DNA from: Candidatus Saccharimonadota bacterium
GTDB lineage: Bacteria; Patescibacteriota; Saccharimonadia; QS-5-54-17
Reading direction: 5' to 3'
Assembly (NCBI GenBank): GCA_050486185.1
Contig: JBJHCT010000001.1
Location: 82,216-146,215 of the forward strand
Length of the DNA stretch: 64,000 nucleotides
Under the pieces are notes generated by a model. The model searched no databases. It saw only the letters and a program-made list of their open reading frames with translations, and was not told the origin of the DNA. Below, piece by piece: positions 39,589 through 49,765 of this stretch. The position numbers and the translations under genes were made by a program. Numbering within the stretch: the stretch's first letter is position 1; each line of letters begins with the position of its first letter.

Positions 39589-39957
39589 ATGAACACCATT
39601 ATTGCAATCGTGATGGCAGTATTGGCGGCGGTGGTTCTGTCGAGGGCTTTTCAGTCCTTGCAGATCTACCTTTACAACCGTAGGTACCAGACGCCGGATC
39701 AGGAGTCAGATGTCCTGCTCGGTTTTCTTGTTGATGTGCAGGTCTCTGGGGTAGGCAGAAGGGATGCTACTATCATCGTGCCGGACGATGCGGCCAAGAA
39801 GTATCTCAACTTCCAGGACGTGCGTGTCGAGGAAGAGATTGGACGGCAGTTGTCGGCGAAACTCAGGTCTCATCTGCCTGTTGCTTGGTGGAAGCGTTTG
39901 GCCGTAAAGCCCAAAACTGTACAGATCATCAAGTGCAAAAATGCTCAGCTGTTGTGA
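39589..39957 (+). CDS. GC-rich orphan protein with N-terminal TM
   Basis: GGGAG SD; atypical composition. Confidence 0.6.
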   Translation: MNTIIAIVMAVLAAVVLSRAFQSLQIYLYNRRYQTPDQESDVLLGFLVDVQVSGVGRRDATIIVPDDAAKKYLNFQDVRVEEEIGRQLSAKLRSHLPVAWWKRLAVKPKTVQIIKCKNAQLL

Positions 39958-39979
39958 ACCTCTCCCATCTACGTCTAAT

Positions 39980-40053
39980 CCCCGGATTCTTATTTACCTT
40001 TATCTAGTTATCAACTAGGTTACATTAGGTATTTTAAGGATTCGGGGAGTTTT
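39980..40053 (+). terminator. Long hairpin + T tract
   Basis: CCCCGGATTCTTA...TAAGGATTCGGGG with GU pairs on + strand; inner CTAGTT-ATC-AACTAG. Confidence 0.6.
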
Positions 40054-40056
40054 TCT

Positions 40057-40311
40057 TTATAGGTCTTCTAATAGTTTATCTATACCTTGAGCTAGTTCGT
40101 AGTCTTGATCGGTAATCTCACCTTCTTCATGGCTAGTGAGATTGATAGTGACTTTGGAATAATCATGGATCGATATATCGGGGTGATGGTTCTGTTCTTC
40201 TGCTAGTGCGGCAATTTCACATACTAAAGTAACTGCAGCCATAAAATCCATAGTATCGATTGTGGCTTGCAAGCTACCATCTACTTCTGACCAGCGACTA
40301 TCTATATCCAT
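40057..40311 (-). CDS. phhB: Pterin-4-alpha-carbinolamine dehydratase
   Basis: AEEQNHHPDI, LTSH, DYELA..ID. Confidence 0.88.
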   Translation of the reverse strand: MDIDSRWSEVDGSLQATIDTMDFMAAVTLVCEIAALAEEQNHHPDISIHDYSKVTINLTSHEEGEITDQDYELAQGIDKLLEDL

Positions 40312-40414
40312 AGTTATTATGCTACATAGTTAGCGGGAATTTCTCAACTCAAATAGTATTTTATTAAAACAGCTGTGCTTTACAGTATGGATAAGGTGCT
40401 GTATCTATATAGAT

Positions 40415-40849
40415 ATGTCAGAAAGTCGGCCAGACGGCACAGGGTACATGAGTGATGTCTACTGGAGTGTTCCAAGAGATTGCTTGGGTTGCCCAAAGCT
40501 GGCTTCAGCTATTAATGATCGAGCTCTAGCTCTTGATATGCAAAGCTTTAATAGCCTAGAAGCGCAAGCGCATGGCTCTGTTGAGGATATTTTAGGTGCT
40601 TTGGGTGAACTTGAAGGAGTAGCTAGAGGTTATCTAGATGCCAGATTGGATCCACCTGAGAATATTTCTTCAACACCTAACTATCGTCGGGGTTTAAGTC
40701 GCAGACTCGACCAAGAGTCTCAAGGGGTTCAGGCAGAAGCCTTTATAGATGAGGTACTGTTAGGTAAGTGCTCGGGTGTAGAACAAAGAAAACAATACTA
40801 TCTATTTGGTAGAGTCGTTATTGAATGCGGCTTTGAAGGTGATGAATAA
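40415..40849 (+). CDS. Hypothetical protein (CxxC)
   Basis: ORF; DCLGCP plus two C-terminal Cys. Confidence 0.5.
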   Translation: MSESRPDGTGYMSDVYWSVPRDCLGCPKLASAINDRALALDMQSFNSLEAQAHGSVEDILGALGELEGVARGYLDARLDPPENISSTPNYRRGLSRRLDQESQGVQAEAFIDEVLLGKCSGVEQRKQYYLFGRVVIECGFEGDE

Positions 40850-40893
40850 CAATATTCCAAACTGATTTAGAGTTTTAACTAACTATAATTCAA

Positions 40894-41205
40894 CTAACTC
40901 TTATTTAGGGTGTAATAGACTCTAGCCCTATCATCATGTCTATCGATCAATCCTCTAATTTCCAGCTTATCTAGGTAGCGTCTAGCCTGTTTTTCCGATA
41001 CTTTGAGTTTTTCTGATATCTCACCTGGTCCAGCAATGATCCGGTTGTTTTTTAGCATATCTAAAACTTTTAACATATGCTTTTCTCTCTTGCGTCTTCT
41101 TTTGCGGTTTAGATAACTAAAGGGATTAATATCCTCATCAACAGACTGAAGGGCGATACCTGATATTAGGCCTAAAACTAGTATGAGTATGTATACGCGT
41201 GCCAA
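40894..41205 (-). CDS. TM + winged-HTH protein
   Basis: EISEKLKVSEKQARRYLDKLE.RGLI. Confidence 0.6.
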   Translation of the reverse strand: MARVYILILVLGLISGIALQSVDEDINPFSYLNRKRRRKREKHMLKVLDMLKNNRIIAGPGEISEKLKVSEKQARRYLDKLEIRGLIDRHDDRARVYYTLNKS

Positions 41206-41319
41206 GTTGTGAGGTTCCTCTAAAAATTAAGCTACTGACTACTAACATCATAGCATTTAACTAAAAAGAGTGGTGCTTAAATATACTTAAAGATATTAAA
41301 TTGTGTTTAATTATCTAGC

Positions 41320-41772
41320 TTAAACTTCAGGTTCATGTACAGGTACTATGCTTTCAATTCTAGATAGTGGTACGGCTACTTTCTTGCGTTCTTGACTAGT
41401 TTGATCATATTCGGTTGAAGTAAATACTACTATAATACCCTCCCTTGCTAACTGGTCTGCATCATAGTAGGTGCCCCACTTTAAATCATCTAGTCTAATA
41501 CCAGGTAGACTACTAAGAGATCCGCCCAAAACATCTTGACTGTCGGTCATCTCTACTTCTACCTTTTTATCTTCATCAGCTACGACTTCCATAACTTCTT
41601 CTAGTCGGTGCGATAGATAAAACTCTATCTGGTCATCTCCACTTTCTTCTAGCTGGGCTATTTCAGCAGCTACAGCGCCTTCACTCATGCGCAAATAGCT
41701 ATCTAGTTCACAGGTTTGTGTTGCTTGCTCATGCTTATTCATAAGTAACATCCTCTCTAATATACAACCCAA
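41320..41772 (-). CDS. Acidic hypothetical protein
   Basis: ORF; start uncertain. Confidence 0.5.
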   Translation of the reverse strand: MGCILERMLLMNKHEQATQTCELDSYLRMSEGAVAAEIAQLEESGDDQIEFYLSHRLEEVMEVVADEDKKVEVEMTDSQDVLGGSLSSLPGIRLDDLKWGTYYDADQLAREGIIVVFTSTEYDQTSQERKKVAVPLSRIESIVPVHEPEV

Positions 41773-41931
41773 GGTTTAAATGGGTATCTTAAAATGTGTC
41801 GACTACTATAGACCAACAAATAAATCCTCGTCAATAGCCAGTGACTATAGTAGTTATGTTACAATGACCCATATAAATACCACAATAAAACCTAAGATCC
41901 CCCACAGAGGATAAAAAGGAGTAACTAGTTT

Positions 41932-42543
41932 ATGAACAAAAATATTTTAATAGCTATAGCAGCTGTAGCTGTATTGGCGGTTGGTGCAGCCGTCTATTAC
42001 TTCATGCCAGTAGGTGATGATGCCACCTTAGCGCGTAGAGCTCTAGAGAGTAGAGGTTCGATAACTTGTGATTTTGTCGATGAGCATACTGGTGAGACGG
42101 CCACAATGTATATTCGTAATGGCGATGTTAGAGTTGATGGTGTGTCTTACGGAGTAATGGAAGAAGATGTAGAGGCTGAGACAGCTGAAGTGCCGACCTA
42201 CATGCTACTTAAAGAAGATAGTATGTATGTCTGGGCTGATGGTGAACCTCAGGGAATTATGAGTAGTTTGGGTGCTGAAGAAGATAGCGGTAGTCTAGTG
42301 TTTGAAAACTATGAGGACGAGGATGAATTTAGGGATGACTTTGATCGCGGCGAGTTTGATTGTAGCAGAGGTGCTTCAGCTAGTCTTTTCGATCTACCAT
42401 CAGACGTAGAGTTTGTGGATTTTCAGAGCATGTTTGAGCAACAAATGCCTTCCAGCGATTTTGATGAAGATGCAGATGGATTTGACCAGCAGATGAGCGA
42501 AGAGGAGTTAGAGCAGCTCTTGCAGGAACTAGAGTCTAACTAA
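41932..42543 (+). CDS. Membrane-anchored acidic exported protein
   Basis: AAGGAG SD, N-terminal TM, C....F..PSDV.F.D motif. Confidence 0.7.
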   Translation: MNKNILIAIAAVAVLAVGAAVYYFMPVGDDATLARRALESRGSITCDFVDEHTGETATMYIRNGDVRVDGVSYGVMEEDVEAETAEVPTYMLLKEDSMYVWADGEPQGIMSSLGAEEDSGSLVFENYEDEDEFRDDFDRGEFDCSRGASASLFDLPSDVEFVDFQSMFEQQMPSSDFDEDADGFDQQMSEEELEQLLQELESN

Positions 42544-42574
42544 GCTAGCTCTATATCAATTCTATTCTTTAAAT

Positions 42575-42742
42575 CTACCTCTTTGATTTAATCTGTAATT
42601 TGCCCTGCTTGGTCCATTTAGAATTAGTGCCTTCAGAGCCTTGGCTAGTTGCTGCAATCTCACCTTGTTGAGTTAGTTTACGCCTATTTAACGTAACCTT
42701 ACTCCACTTACCTTGTTTGAGTACATATTTACTGTTTGCCAT
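42575..42742 (-). CDS. 55-aa basic small ORF (MANSKYVLKQGKW...)
   Basis: Open frame read by eye; internal KQGK repeat; below ORF cutoff. Confidence 0.35.
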   Translation of the reverse strand: MANSKYVLKQGKWSKVTLNRRKLTQQGEIAATSQGSEGTNSKWTKQGKLQIKSKR

Positions 42743-42800
42743 TATCTTATTTTAACATCTAGCAATTAATAAATCAGTTACTAACAAATAAAGTTTAGTC

Positions 42801-42875
42801 AGGTGGGGCGATGCGTTCAAGGGTCTCTGCAAGGTTGCCCCCGCTTGAGCATACTTGAACGCAACCGCCCCACCT
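42801..42875. terminator. Long GC-rich hairpin
   Basis: AGGTGGGGCGATGCGTTCAAG ... CTTGAACGCAACCGCCCCACCT, about 21-bp stem. Confidence 0.65.
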
Positions 42876-42887
42876 AGTGACCACTCA

Positions 42888-43277
42888 TCAGGGTATTGAA
42901 ACCCTCAGTTCCACAGGCTCCCACCTGCTCTGATCAGGCACCCACTGCAGGATCGGCCCCTTGGTCTGATCCATCAGGAAGCGCAGGAAGGGGTGGTTCG
43001 AGAGGACCTTGACCCAACCCTGAGGGATGCAGGTTGCCTCGATTTCATGAAGAACTCGAGCAGCCCCATCGCCCACGTATGTGGACTTCTTCAAGACCTT
43101 CAAGCAGTCCTGGTAGAAGCCATCTTCATGGGCGCAACAGGAAATCCTGTTGGTCGTGACCCGAAGGTCTTGTGTGAAGACGATTGGATGGAGGAGATCC
43201 CATCCCAGCCGTATCTTGAGCAGGTCAACTGCCTCGAGATCTTCGGCAACGTCCTTGCTGATAAGTGCTTTGGGCAT
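42888..43277 (-). CDS. GC-rich orphan protein
   Basis: Purine-rich leader (GGGAGAAAAGAAGG), hairpin right after stop. Confidence 0.5.
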   Translation of the reverse strand: MPKALISKDVAEDLEAVDLLKIRLGWDLLHPIVFTQDLRVTTNRISCCAHEDGFYQDCLKVLKKSTYVGDGAARVLHEIEATCIPQGWVKVLSNHPFLRFLMDQTKGPILQWVPDQSRWEPVELRVSIP

Positions 43278-43413
43278 ATTCTGCCTTCTTTTCTCCCGCT
43301 ATCACCGAGTTGCGATAACAGATGATATTTTGCAATATATTAATATAGAAATCAAGCACTTAGACGGTAATATAAATGGCTTTGTGTGTCTGTTTATACT
43401 AAACTAAAAATCT

Positions 43414-43770
43414 ATGATAGAGCAGGAACCACAAGATAATACCGATGCAGGGCTAGAGGAAGTAGACTTAGGCGTAGATATAAACTCTCTAAGTTCTGAG
43501 GATTTGCATAGACTAGAACAATCTTTGATTGGTAAATTAGGTGAAGATGAGTATAGATACTTAGTAGATCAAGCTATTGCTTTAACAGTCCATATAGCCG
43601 GTACGGGTGATATACCGCCTGGCTATGATCCGGATAAAGACCCGATTTTAAAAAGAAGAGTTGAGGTTAGTAGAAAAGTGGTTATTGCTACTTTAGCTAG
43701 TGCGCTTGGGGTAGCTACTATAGGGGCTACTGTCTATAAATATAAAGGACACAAAAAGCGAAGATTTTAA
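43414..43770 (+). CDS. Hypothetical protein with C-terminal TM anchor
   Basis: Hydrophobic helix + basic tail. Confidence 0.6.
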   Translation: MIEQEPQDNTDAGLEEVDLGVDINSLSSEDLHRLEQSLIGKLGEDEYRYLVDQAIALTVHIAGTGDIPPGYDPDKDPILKRRVEVSRKVVIATLASALGVATIGATVYKYKGHKKRRF

Positions 43771-43783
43771 AAGTAAATAATAC

Positions 43784-46534
43784 CTAGATAGCTGTTTGAG
43801 CTAGTTTTTTAGGAGCCTGGAAGCGACGATATATCCATTTACGTAACTCATCAACTACTACTGTCGATAAGGCGGCGAGCAGGATGATACCCCACTCCGA
43901 TAGGCTTAATGGGGTGACGCGCAATAAGAACTGCCCGGCTGATGTATAAAGAGCGGCTATATGCAGAGAGATTACTACTGCTAGAGCTGCTACTATGTAC
44001 TTATTGCCAAAAGGGTTGATGCTAAATATCGATTTGTACTCAGACCTACATATGATTGCTTTATACCACTGGAAAACCACCATAGTTGTTAGCGCTACGG
44101 TGGTAGCCTTGACGTAATCACCATCCACATAGTTGCTGAATATTATCAGGGTAGTTATAGCCATAGTGGATGACATCAGTAGCATCCTTTGCGTCATCCA
44201 GCCATCGATAATCCATTTCTTGGGCTTAACAAATTTCTCTTTAAGTAGACCCGGCTCTTTTTTCTCCATAGCTAGTGCGGCGTCCAAAAATCCATCAGTT
44301 ACTAAATTCAACCACAATAGTTGAGCTGCTAAGACCGGCAATGGATAGCCTAGTAAGATAGCTGCGATTATAACCATCAACTCTCCTAGGGAGGTTGAAA
44401 ATAGGTATAGTAGTACTTTCTTAATGTTTTTGTAGATACTGCGGCCTTCTTCTACAGCCGAGACGATACTACCGAAATTATCATCCAGCAGTATTAAGTC
44501 CGAAGCCTCTTTAGCTACTTCAGTACCGCTTCTACCCATAGCTACACCTAAATCGGCACTAACTAGAGATAGAGCGTCGTTCACCCCATCGCCAGTCATA
44601 GCTACTATCTCCCCTCTTAATTTATAGGCTGAAACAATTCGGAATTTATGCTCAGGGGTAATACGAGCAAAAACGCTGACTTTATTTAGCTTTTCAGCCA
44701 GCTGCTCATCAGTGAGGCTTTCGATCTGATCATCGGTTAGAATCTCATCTCCTTCATGGAATATACCGGCCTCTTTAGCGATAGCCTCTGCAGTAATCTT
44801 GTGATCGCCAGTAATCATAACCACCTTAATACCGGCATCTCTAGCATCGATCATGGCAGCAGCAACCTCCTGGCGTATATCGTCTTTCATGCCTAATAAG
44901 CCGACAAAGGTTAGCTCTGATATATCTTCGACTCCTAATTTATCTATAACGGTCTGTTTCTTAGCCAAAGCTATAACACGTAAAGCCTGGGAGCTCATTT
45001 CAGAAAACTCTTCAGTAATCTTTTGCTTGTCTTCTTCGGTGATGGGCCGTAATTTGTCGTTCTCGCTAACTTGTGAGCAAAGATCTAAAATTACCTCTGG
45101 AGCTCCAGCTACTGCTAGGAACTGAGAGTTATTCACATTATGGATAACGGCATGATATTTAAGCTGTGAATCGAAAGGTATCTCATCTATTTGGGGGTAT
45201 TTTTCGTGCAAGTCATATTTAGAGAAGCCAATCTTCTCAGCTAGTACCTCCATAGCTGCTTCGGTTGGGTCTCCAGCTACTTTCCAAGTCTGCTTTTCCT
45301 CATCAAACGATAATCTAGCGTTAGAGCAGAATCCACCTATTTGAGCTAGGGCTTTAATCTCTGGATGCTGATCAATACTTACAGCCTCTCCATTCAAAGA
45401 GACCTCACCATCTAGCTCGTAACCACTACCACTGACTTGAAATTGAGTGAAGTTGGTATAGACTTTCTCAACTATTAGCTCGTTACGGGTAATAGTGCCG
45501 GTCTTATCTACAGCTATAACTTGAGCTTCTCCTAAAGCCTCAACGGCCTGCAAACGTTTGACCAAAACATTGCGTTTACTCATGCGCCACACGCCAGTTG
45601 CTAATAACAAGGTCATAACTATCGGTAGACCCTCCGGTATAGCAGACACTATTACAGCTACTGCTAGCATAAATATTTCATTAATATCGAAGTGGCCCAC
45701 GAAAAAGCCCAAAGAGAAGATGATGGCGCTTAAAGCCAAGACGATAGCGATAATGATGCGTGATAGATATTTGATGTCACTCTGAAGGGGCACTTCACTC
45801 TCTATCTCTGTCATTTCTTGCGATATCTTACCTATAACGGTATCGAGCCCGGTAGCTACTACCACTGCCTTGCCGGTACCGGCCACTACATGTGAGCCTT
45901 TAAAGACCATGTTTTTTTGATCGGCGGTATTGGCTTTAGAGTTATCTATAGAGTCAGCAAACTTAGTGATCGGATCTGACTCACCGGTTAGAGCAGCTTC
46001 GCTAACCCGTAGGTTATGGGAAAACAGTATACGGGCATCAGCAGGGATCTTCTCACCTTCTTGTAGCAAGATGATATCTCCTGGCGCGACCTCTTCATCG
46101 GTGATAACCGCCTCTTTACCCTCTCTAATGACGGTAGCTTGGGTTTTGGCGAATTGCTTCAAAGCTTGCAGGGTATTTTGGGCTCTACCGGCCTGTATGG
46201 TCCCAGCCACAGCATTAAATAACAAAACAAAGAAGATGATACCGGCATCTATCCACTCATTCAGCAACATCACCACTACACCGGCTGCTAGTAGTAGGTA
46301 TATTAGCGGACTTTTAAACTGCCTAAAGAATATTTTAAATAAGGTGTCTGGTTTGGCTTCGGGTAGCTTGTTGGGTCCGTAATGATCTAGCCTGAGTTTA
46401 ACCTCTTGATTTGATAAGCCCTTTTCGCTATTTGAACCTAAGTCTATAACTACTTTTTCAGCATCTTTAGTGTGCCAAAGACCCAACTTGTTTTTAGTTT
46501 GTGAGGATGAATTTTCTTGGCTACTGAGCGGCAT
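43784..46534 (-). CDS. P-type IIA (Ca2+/cation) transporting ATPase
   Basis: TGES, IPEGLP, DKTGT, TGD, GDGVND. Confidence 0.95.
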   Translation of the reverse strand: MPLSSQENSSSQTKNKLGLWHTKDAEKVVIDLGSNSEKGLSNQEVKLRLDHYGPNKLPEAKPDTLFKIFFRQFKSPLIYLLLAAGVVVMLLNEWIDAGIIFFVLLFNAVAGTIQAGRAQNTLQALKQFAKTQATVIREGKEAVITDEEVAPGDIILLQEGEKIPADARILFSHNLRVSEAALTGESDPITKFADSIDNSKANTADQKNMVFKGSHVVAGTGKAVVVATGLDTVIGKISQEMTEIESEVPLQSDIKYLSRIIIAIVLALSAIIFSLGFFVGHFDINEIFMLAVAVIVSAIPEGLPIVMTLLLATGVWRMSKRNVLVKRLQAVEALGEAQVIAVDKTGTITRNELIVEKVYTNFTQFQVSGSGYELDGEVSLNGEAVSIDQHPEIKALAQIGGFCSNARLSFDEEKQTWKVAGDPTEAAMEVLAEKIGFSKYDLHEKYPQIDEIPFDSQLKYHAVIHNVNNSQFLAVAGAPEVILDLCSQVSENDKLRPITEEDKQKITEEFSEMSSQALRVIALAKKQTVIDKLGVEDISELTFVGLLGMKDDIRQEVAAAMIDARDAGIKVVMITGDHKITAEAIAKEAGIFHEGDEILTDDQIESLTDEQLAEKLNKVSVFARITPEHKFRIVSAYKLRGEIVAMTGDGVNDALSLVSADLGVAMGRSGTEVAKEASDLILLDDNFGSIVSAVEEGRSIYKNIKKVLLYLFSTSLGELMVIIAAILLGYPLPVLAAQLLWLNLVTDGFLDAALAMEKKEPGLLKEKFVKPKKWIIDGWMTQRMLLMSSTMAITTLIIFSNYVDGDYVKATTVALTTMVVFQWYKAIICRSEYKSIFSINPFGNKYIVAALAVVISLHIAALYTSAGQFLLRVTPLSLSEWGIILLAALSTVVVDELRKWIYRRFQAPKKLAQTAI

Positions 46535-46655
46535 AAAAGCACTTAACTCTTTCTTTTTTGTTAATTAGTAGTTACTTTTTAACTAAAGTAAAACACTTAT
46601 GCATTAATTGTAGCAAAAAGTTAGCTTATTTAGGATGTTTCTGTTAGCACTTACT

Positions 46656-47366
46656 CTAGCTTTGAGATTCGATCAGCTCTTGCAGTCTTTCATCAAACTC
46701 TTCGTTACTTGGTAATAGCTCAGCTACTTTCTTTTCGATCTCAGCTCTTCTTATAGCTCTTCTTATAGCTCTTATTCTGTCTCTTTCATCATCCAAGACT
46801 TTATAGGCGTGATACATGATAAAGCCAAAGCCTCGCCTAATATATATCGCCCACTTAACATCACTACACAACTTTTCTTCAAGGTCTTCAATCAACTGCT
46901 CGTAAGCATCAGCTCTAGCTAGGCCCTCTTCGCATGCAGCTACCATGTTTTCGACAAATGCATTAAGTAGTGCTATAGATTTTTCTGTCTCATCTGTATA
47001 CTCCGTCTCGTCGTCGTCTTGATCTTCATCATAGCTAGTTATTTCGAGCTGTTTAGACATTCTATTATCGAAATCTATACCTAATAGTTTATGAGCAACT
47101 TTCATGCCTATGAGGCTACCGGCTAAAAAGGTATATTCAACCTGACCTTCATCCATAGGCTCTAGGGTTGATTGGTCTCTAGGTCTAATTATTTCTGCCA
47201 TAAAATCAGCAGTCTCTGTCATATTATAGCTGCCGTATTCTTTATGTAACCAGGCAAGGTAATCTCGCACATCACCATTATTGGTTTCGATATCATCCTC
47301 TATATCGGCGATAATGTCTTCAGGATGAGGTTCACCTGATTGCTGGCTGTTTGATTCGTAAGTCAT
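46656..47366 (-). CDS. Acidic hypothetical protein
   Basis: ORF; contains 12-nt tandem repeat (IRRA). Confidence 0.6.
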   Translation of the reverse strand: MTYESNSQQSGEPHPEDIIADIEDDIETNNGDVRDYLAWLHKEYGSYNMTETADFMAEIIRPRDQSTLEPMDEGQVEYTFLAGSLIGMKVAHKLLGIDFDNRMSKQLEITSYDEDQDDDETEYTDETEKSIALLNAFVENMVAACEEGLARADAYEQLIEDLEEKLCSDVKWAIYIRRGFGFIMYHAYKVLDDERDRIRAIRRAIRRAEIEKKVAELLPSNEEFDERLQELIESQS

Positions 47367-47452
47367 AGTAACTTATTACAAATGTAAATTAGAGAAAAGT
47401 CAATAGATGAAGATTGAGTTAAAACCAAAAGAAACAACCTAATAACTTCTTC

Positions 47453-48040
47453 TTAGGTAGCTTCCTCTCCCCAGGTACTGATAGTAAAAGAAGTAACGTT
47501 ATCTGTCTTCTCAATCTCAATTAATACTCCTACCCGTAATTTTGCCCTAGAGTTGTATGCAGATATATCTATAACATCGTCTAGTTCAATTACCTCCAGC
47601 ACCTCCCAATCATTAGTCTCTAAAGCCTGTCTGTAGAACTCATCTACTTCCGAAGAGCTGCTTGCAGTAGTAAATGCCGCGTCCCAATATGGGCTAGGAA
47701 GGTCAACCGACTCGTTGTAATCTATCCTTGCAGTATCGATAGCTGTAGATGGCTCAAATATCGGTATCTGGCTAGGAAAATCATCTGCTAAACCTTGAGT
47801 CATTCGCTCCGTAGTACCATCATCAAACTCTATGATCTCTTCCTCAGCTTCAGCATTGTCACTGGTTTGATCTCCTATGCTAAGCCATGAAGTCTCGCTA
47901 TCACTTAGATATTGCCACCCAAAGAATCCCAGAGTAATTAGTAGCAGGATCACGACTGTAGATATTACGATCTTTTTAGTTTTCCCCGTCTTATTCTTAG
48001 GGCTAATCTGTCCAGTTGGAGGCATGTTTTCACTTTCCAT
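47453..48040 (-). CDS. Membrane-anchored hypothetical protein
   Basis: N-terminal TM; DDFPSQIPIF...V.EFY...L...DW. Confidence 0.65.
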   Translation of the reverse strand: MESENMPPTGQISPKNKTGKTKKIVISTVVILLLITLGFFGWQYLSDSETSWLSIGDQTSDNAEAEEEIIEFDDGTTERMTQGLADDFPSQIPIFEPSTAIDTARIDYNESVDLPSPYWDAAFTTASSSSEVDEFYRQALETNDWEVLEVIELDDVIDISAYNSRAKLRVGVLIEIEKTDNVTSFTISTWGEEAT

Positions 48041-48111
48041 AGCTAAATCCTTTTATGCTTAAATTCCTAGTGATAAGTATAACATCCACTTAGCTCCCAG
48101 ACCATATCGTC

Positions 48112-48762
48112 CTAGTTAAACTCCAGTATCTCTAGTACATCTTCGATATTAGTAACCAATCCGGCCCCTTGGCGGATGAGCTCATTAGTGCCTTGAGATA
48201 GTTCACTATTACTATTTCCCGGCACAGCCATGACTTGGCGGTTTTGCTCCAGCGCAAACTTAGCAGTAATAAGCGATCCACTACTTTCGGCTGCCTCTAT
48301 AACGATTACACCTATAGATAGACCTGAAATGATACGGTTTCTAATAGCAAAGTACTGTCTCTTGGGCTCGGTGCCACTCGGATATTCACTGACTAAAGCT
48401 CCTGACTGCTTTACTATGTCTTCTCCTAAGCCTTTCCTGCCTCTAGGGTAGATATCGTGTAAGCCTCCGGCCATAACGGCTACTGTATAGCCACCTTGAT
48501 CTAAAGCTGTTTTGTGAGCTATAGAGTCTATGCCGTAAGCTAAGCCACTGACTATGCCAAAGCCAGCCTTTATCAAATCACTACAAAGACTCTTAGTTAT
48601 AGCTTCGCCGTAGCTGCTGTTGTTGCGACTACCTACAACTGCCAGCATCGGTATATCGTTATTTAAATTACCTCTTAGGTATAGTTGTTTGGGCGGATAA
48701 GCTATCTCTCTAAGCTGCGGAGGGTATTGCTTATCAGGTAGTCCTACCTCTTTAATATCCAT
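48112..48762 (-). CDS. dprA: DNA processing protein DprA (short form)
   Basis: AVVGSR, VSGLAYGID..AH, RNRIISGL, EA...SGSL.TA. Confidence 0.95.
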   Translation of the reverse strand: MDIKEVGLPDKQYPPQLREIAYPPKQLYLRGNLNNDIPMLAVVGSRNNSSYGEAITKSLCSDLIKAGFGIVSGLAYGIDSIAHKTALDQGGYTVAVMAGGLHDIYPRGRKGLGEDIVKQSGALVSEYPSGTEPKRQYFAIRNRIISGLSIGVIVIEAAESSGSLITAKFALEQNRQVMAVPGNSNSELSQGTNELIRQGAGLVTNIEDVLEILEFN

Positions 48763-49210
48763 ATGGTGCTATATGATAAAGCATAAAGCCGACATTAGTA
48801 AAATCACGCCAAATCTATAGTTAATTTTATGAAATAGTGTTGACATATATACCAACTTATGTTAATAATATATCTACAACAACGATTCTATTGGTCAACT
48901 CCCAATCGGTTTCGTTTGTTTGCACTGGCACTGCCCAAAGTCAGTCTAAGACATACTTTTTAGGAACAAAAAATGTTTGCCCTCCAATTACATTCGTTCC
49001 TACTTGTCCTAGCTTTTGGGCATTGTCGTTTCTCTTCGATATATTTTACTTATAGCGGGTGTCGCTGCTATAATTCTAGTATCATCGAAGGGATACGTGA
49101 GGTCGCTAGATACTTATACCCCCACCCTAAGTATCTGTGGCCTCACTTATCTTTTTAGAGGCTTTTTTATCACCACAGCGCAAGCTATAGCTATCGTATA
49201 TCTCAAGAAC

Positions 49211-49765
49211 TTAGTTTATTTTATAGGTTTCTTCCGGTAGTTCATCAAACTTTATAAAAGCAGCTATCAATTCGTCTGTTTTAGCTAGTATCTTATCTAT
49301 TTGCTTAGCTTCTTTGCGTGAGAAGTTACTCAAAACAAACTTAGATGCCGATTTCTTATCGGTTTTTTCATTTCTAATACCGATACGTATACGTTTGAAC
49401 TGGTCGGTGTTTAGATGAGCAATGATTGATTTGATGCCGTTATGGCCACCGCTACCACCTTCTCCTCTAACTCTAATAGTTTCAAAGGGTAGATCTATTT
49501 CGTCATAGACTATTAATACATCCTCAGACTCGATCTTGTAGTAGTCTGTTATAGCTCGCACAGCCTGTCCACTGCTATTCATCATGGTAGTGGGCTTAGC
49601 TATTAAAATACCACCAACCTTACAGATTTCTGCCTGCATTTTAGTATCAGTTTTGAAATCGACGTCTTGGCTTTTGGCAAAACTATCTAGCGCCATAAAG
49701 CCGATGTTATGCCGGTTTTTTTGGTAGTTTTTGCCGATATTACCTAAACCTATGACTAACTTCAT
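49211..49765 (-). CDS. pth: Peptidyl-tRNA hydrolase
   Basis: GLGN.G, RHNIGF, KPTTMMN.SG, GGHNG. Confidence 0.96.
   Translation of the reverse strand: MKLVIGLGNIGKNYQKNRHNIGFMALDSFAKSQDVDFKTDTKMQAEICKVGGILIAKPTTMMNSSGQAVRAITDYYKIESEDVLIVYDEIDLPFETIRVRGEGGSGGHNGIKSIIAHLNTDQFKRIRIGIRNEKTDKKSASKFVLSNFSRKEAKQIDKILAKTDELIAAFIKFDELPEETYKIN

Noticed and set aside
42801-42875. Integron attC sites for the long hairpins (also 4682 and 39980)
   Set aside because: No clear RYYYAAC...GTTRRRY boundaries, no array and no integrase seen; kept only as unexplained hairpins.
46743-46773. 12-nt tandem repeat AGCTCTTCTTAT
   Set aside because: In-frame slippage duplication (IRRA) with no sign of function.
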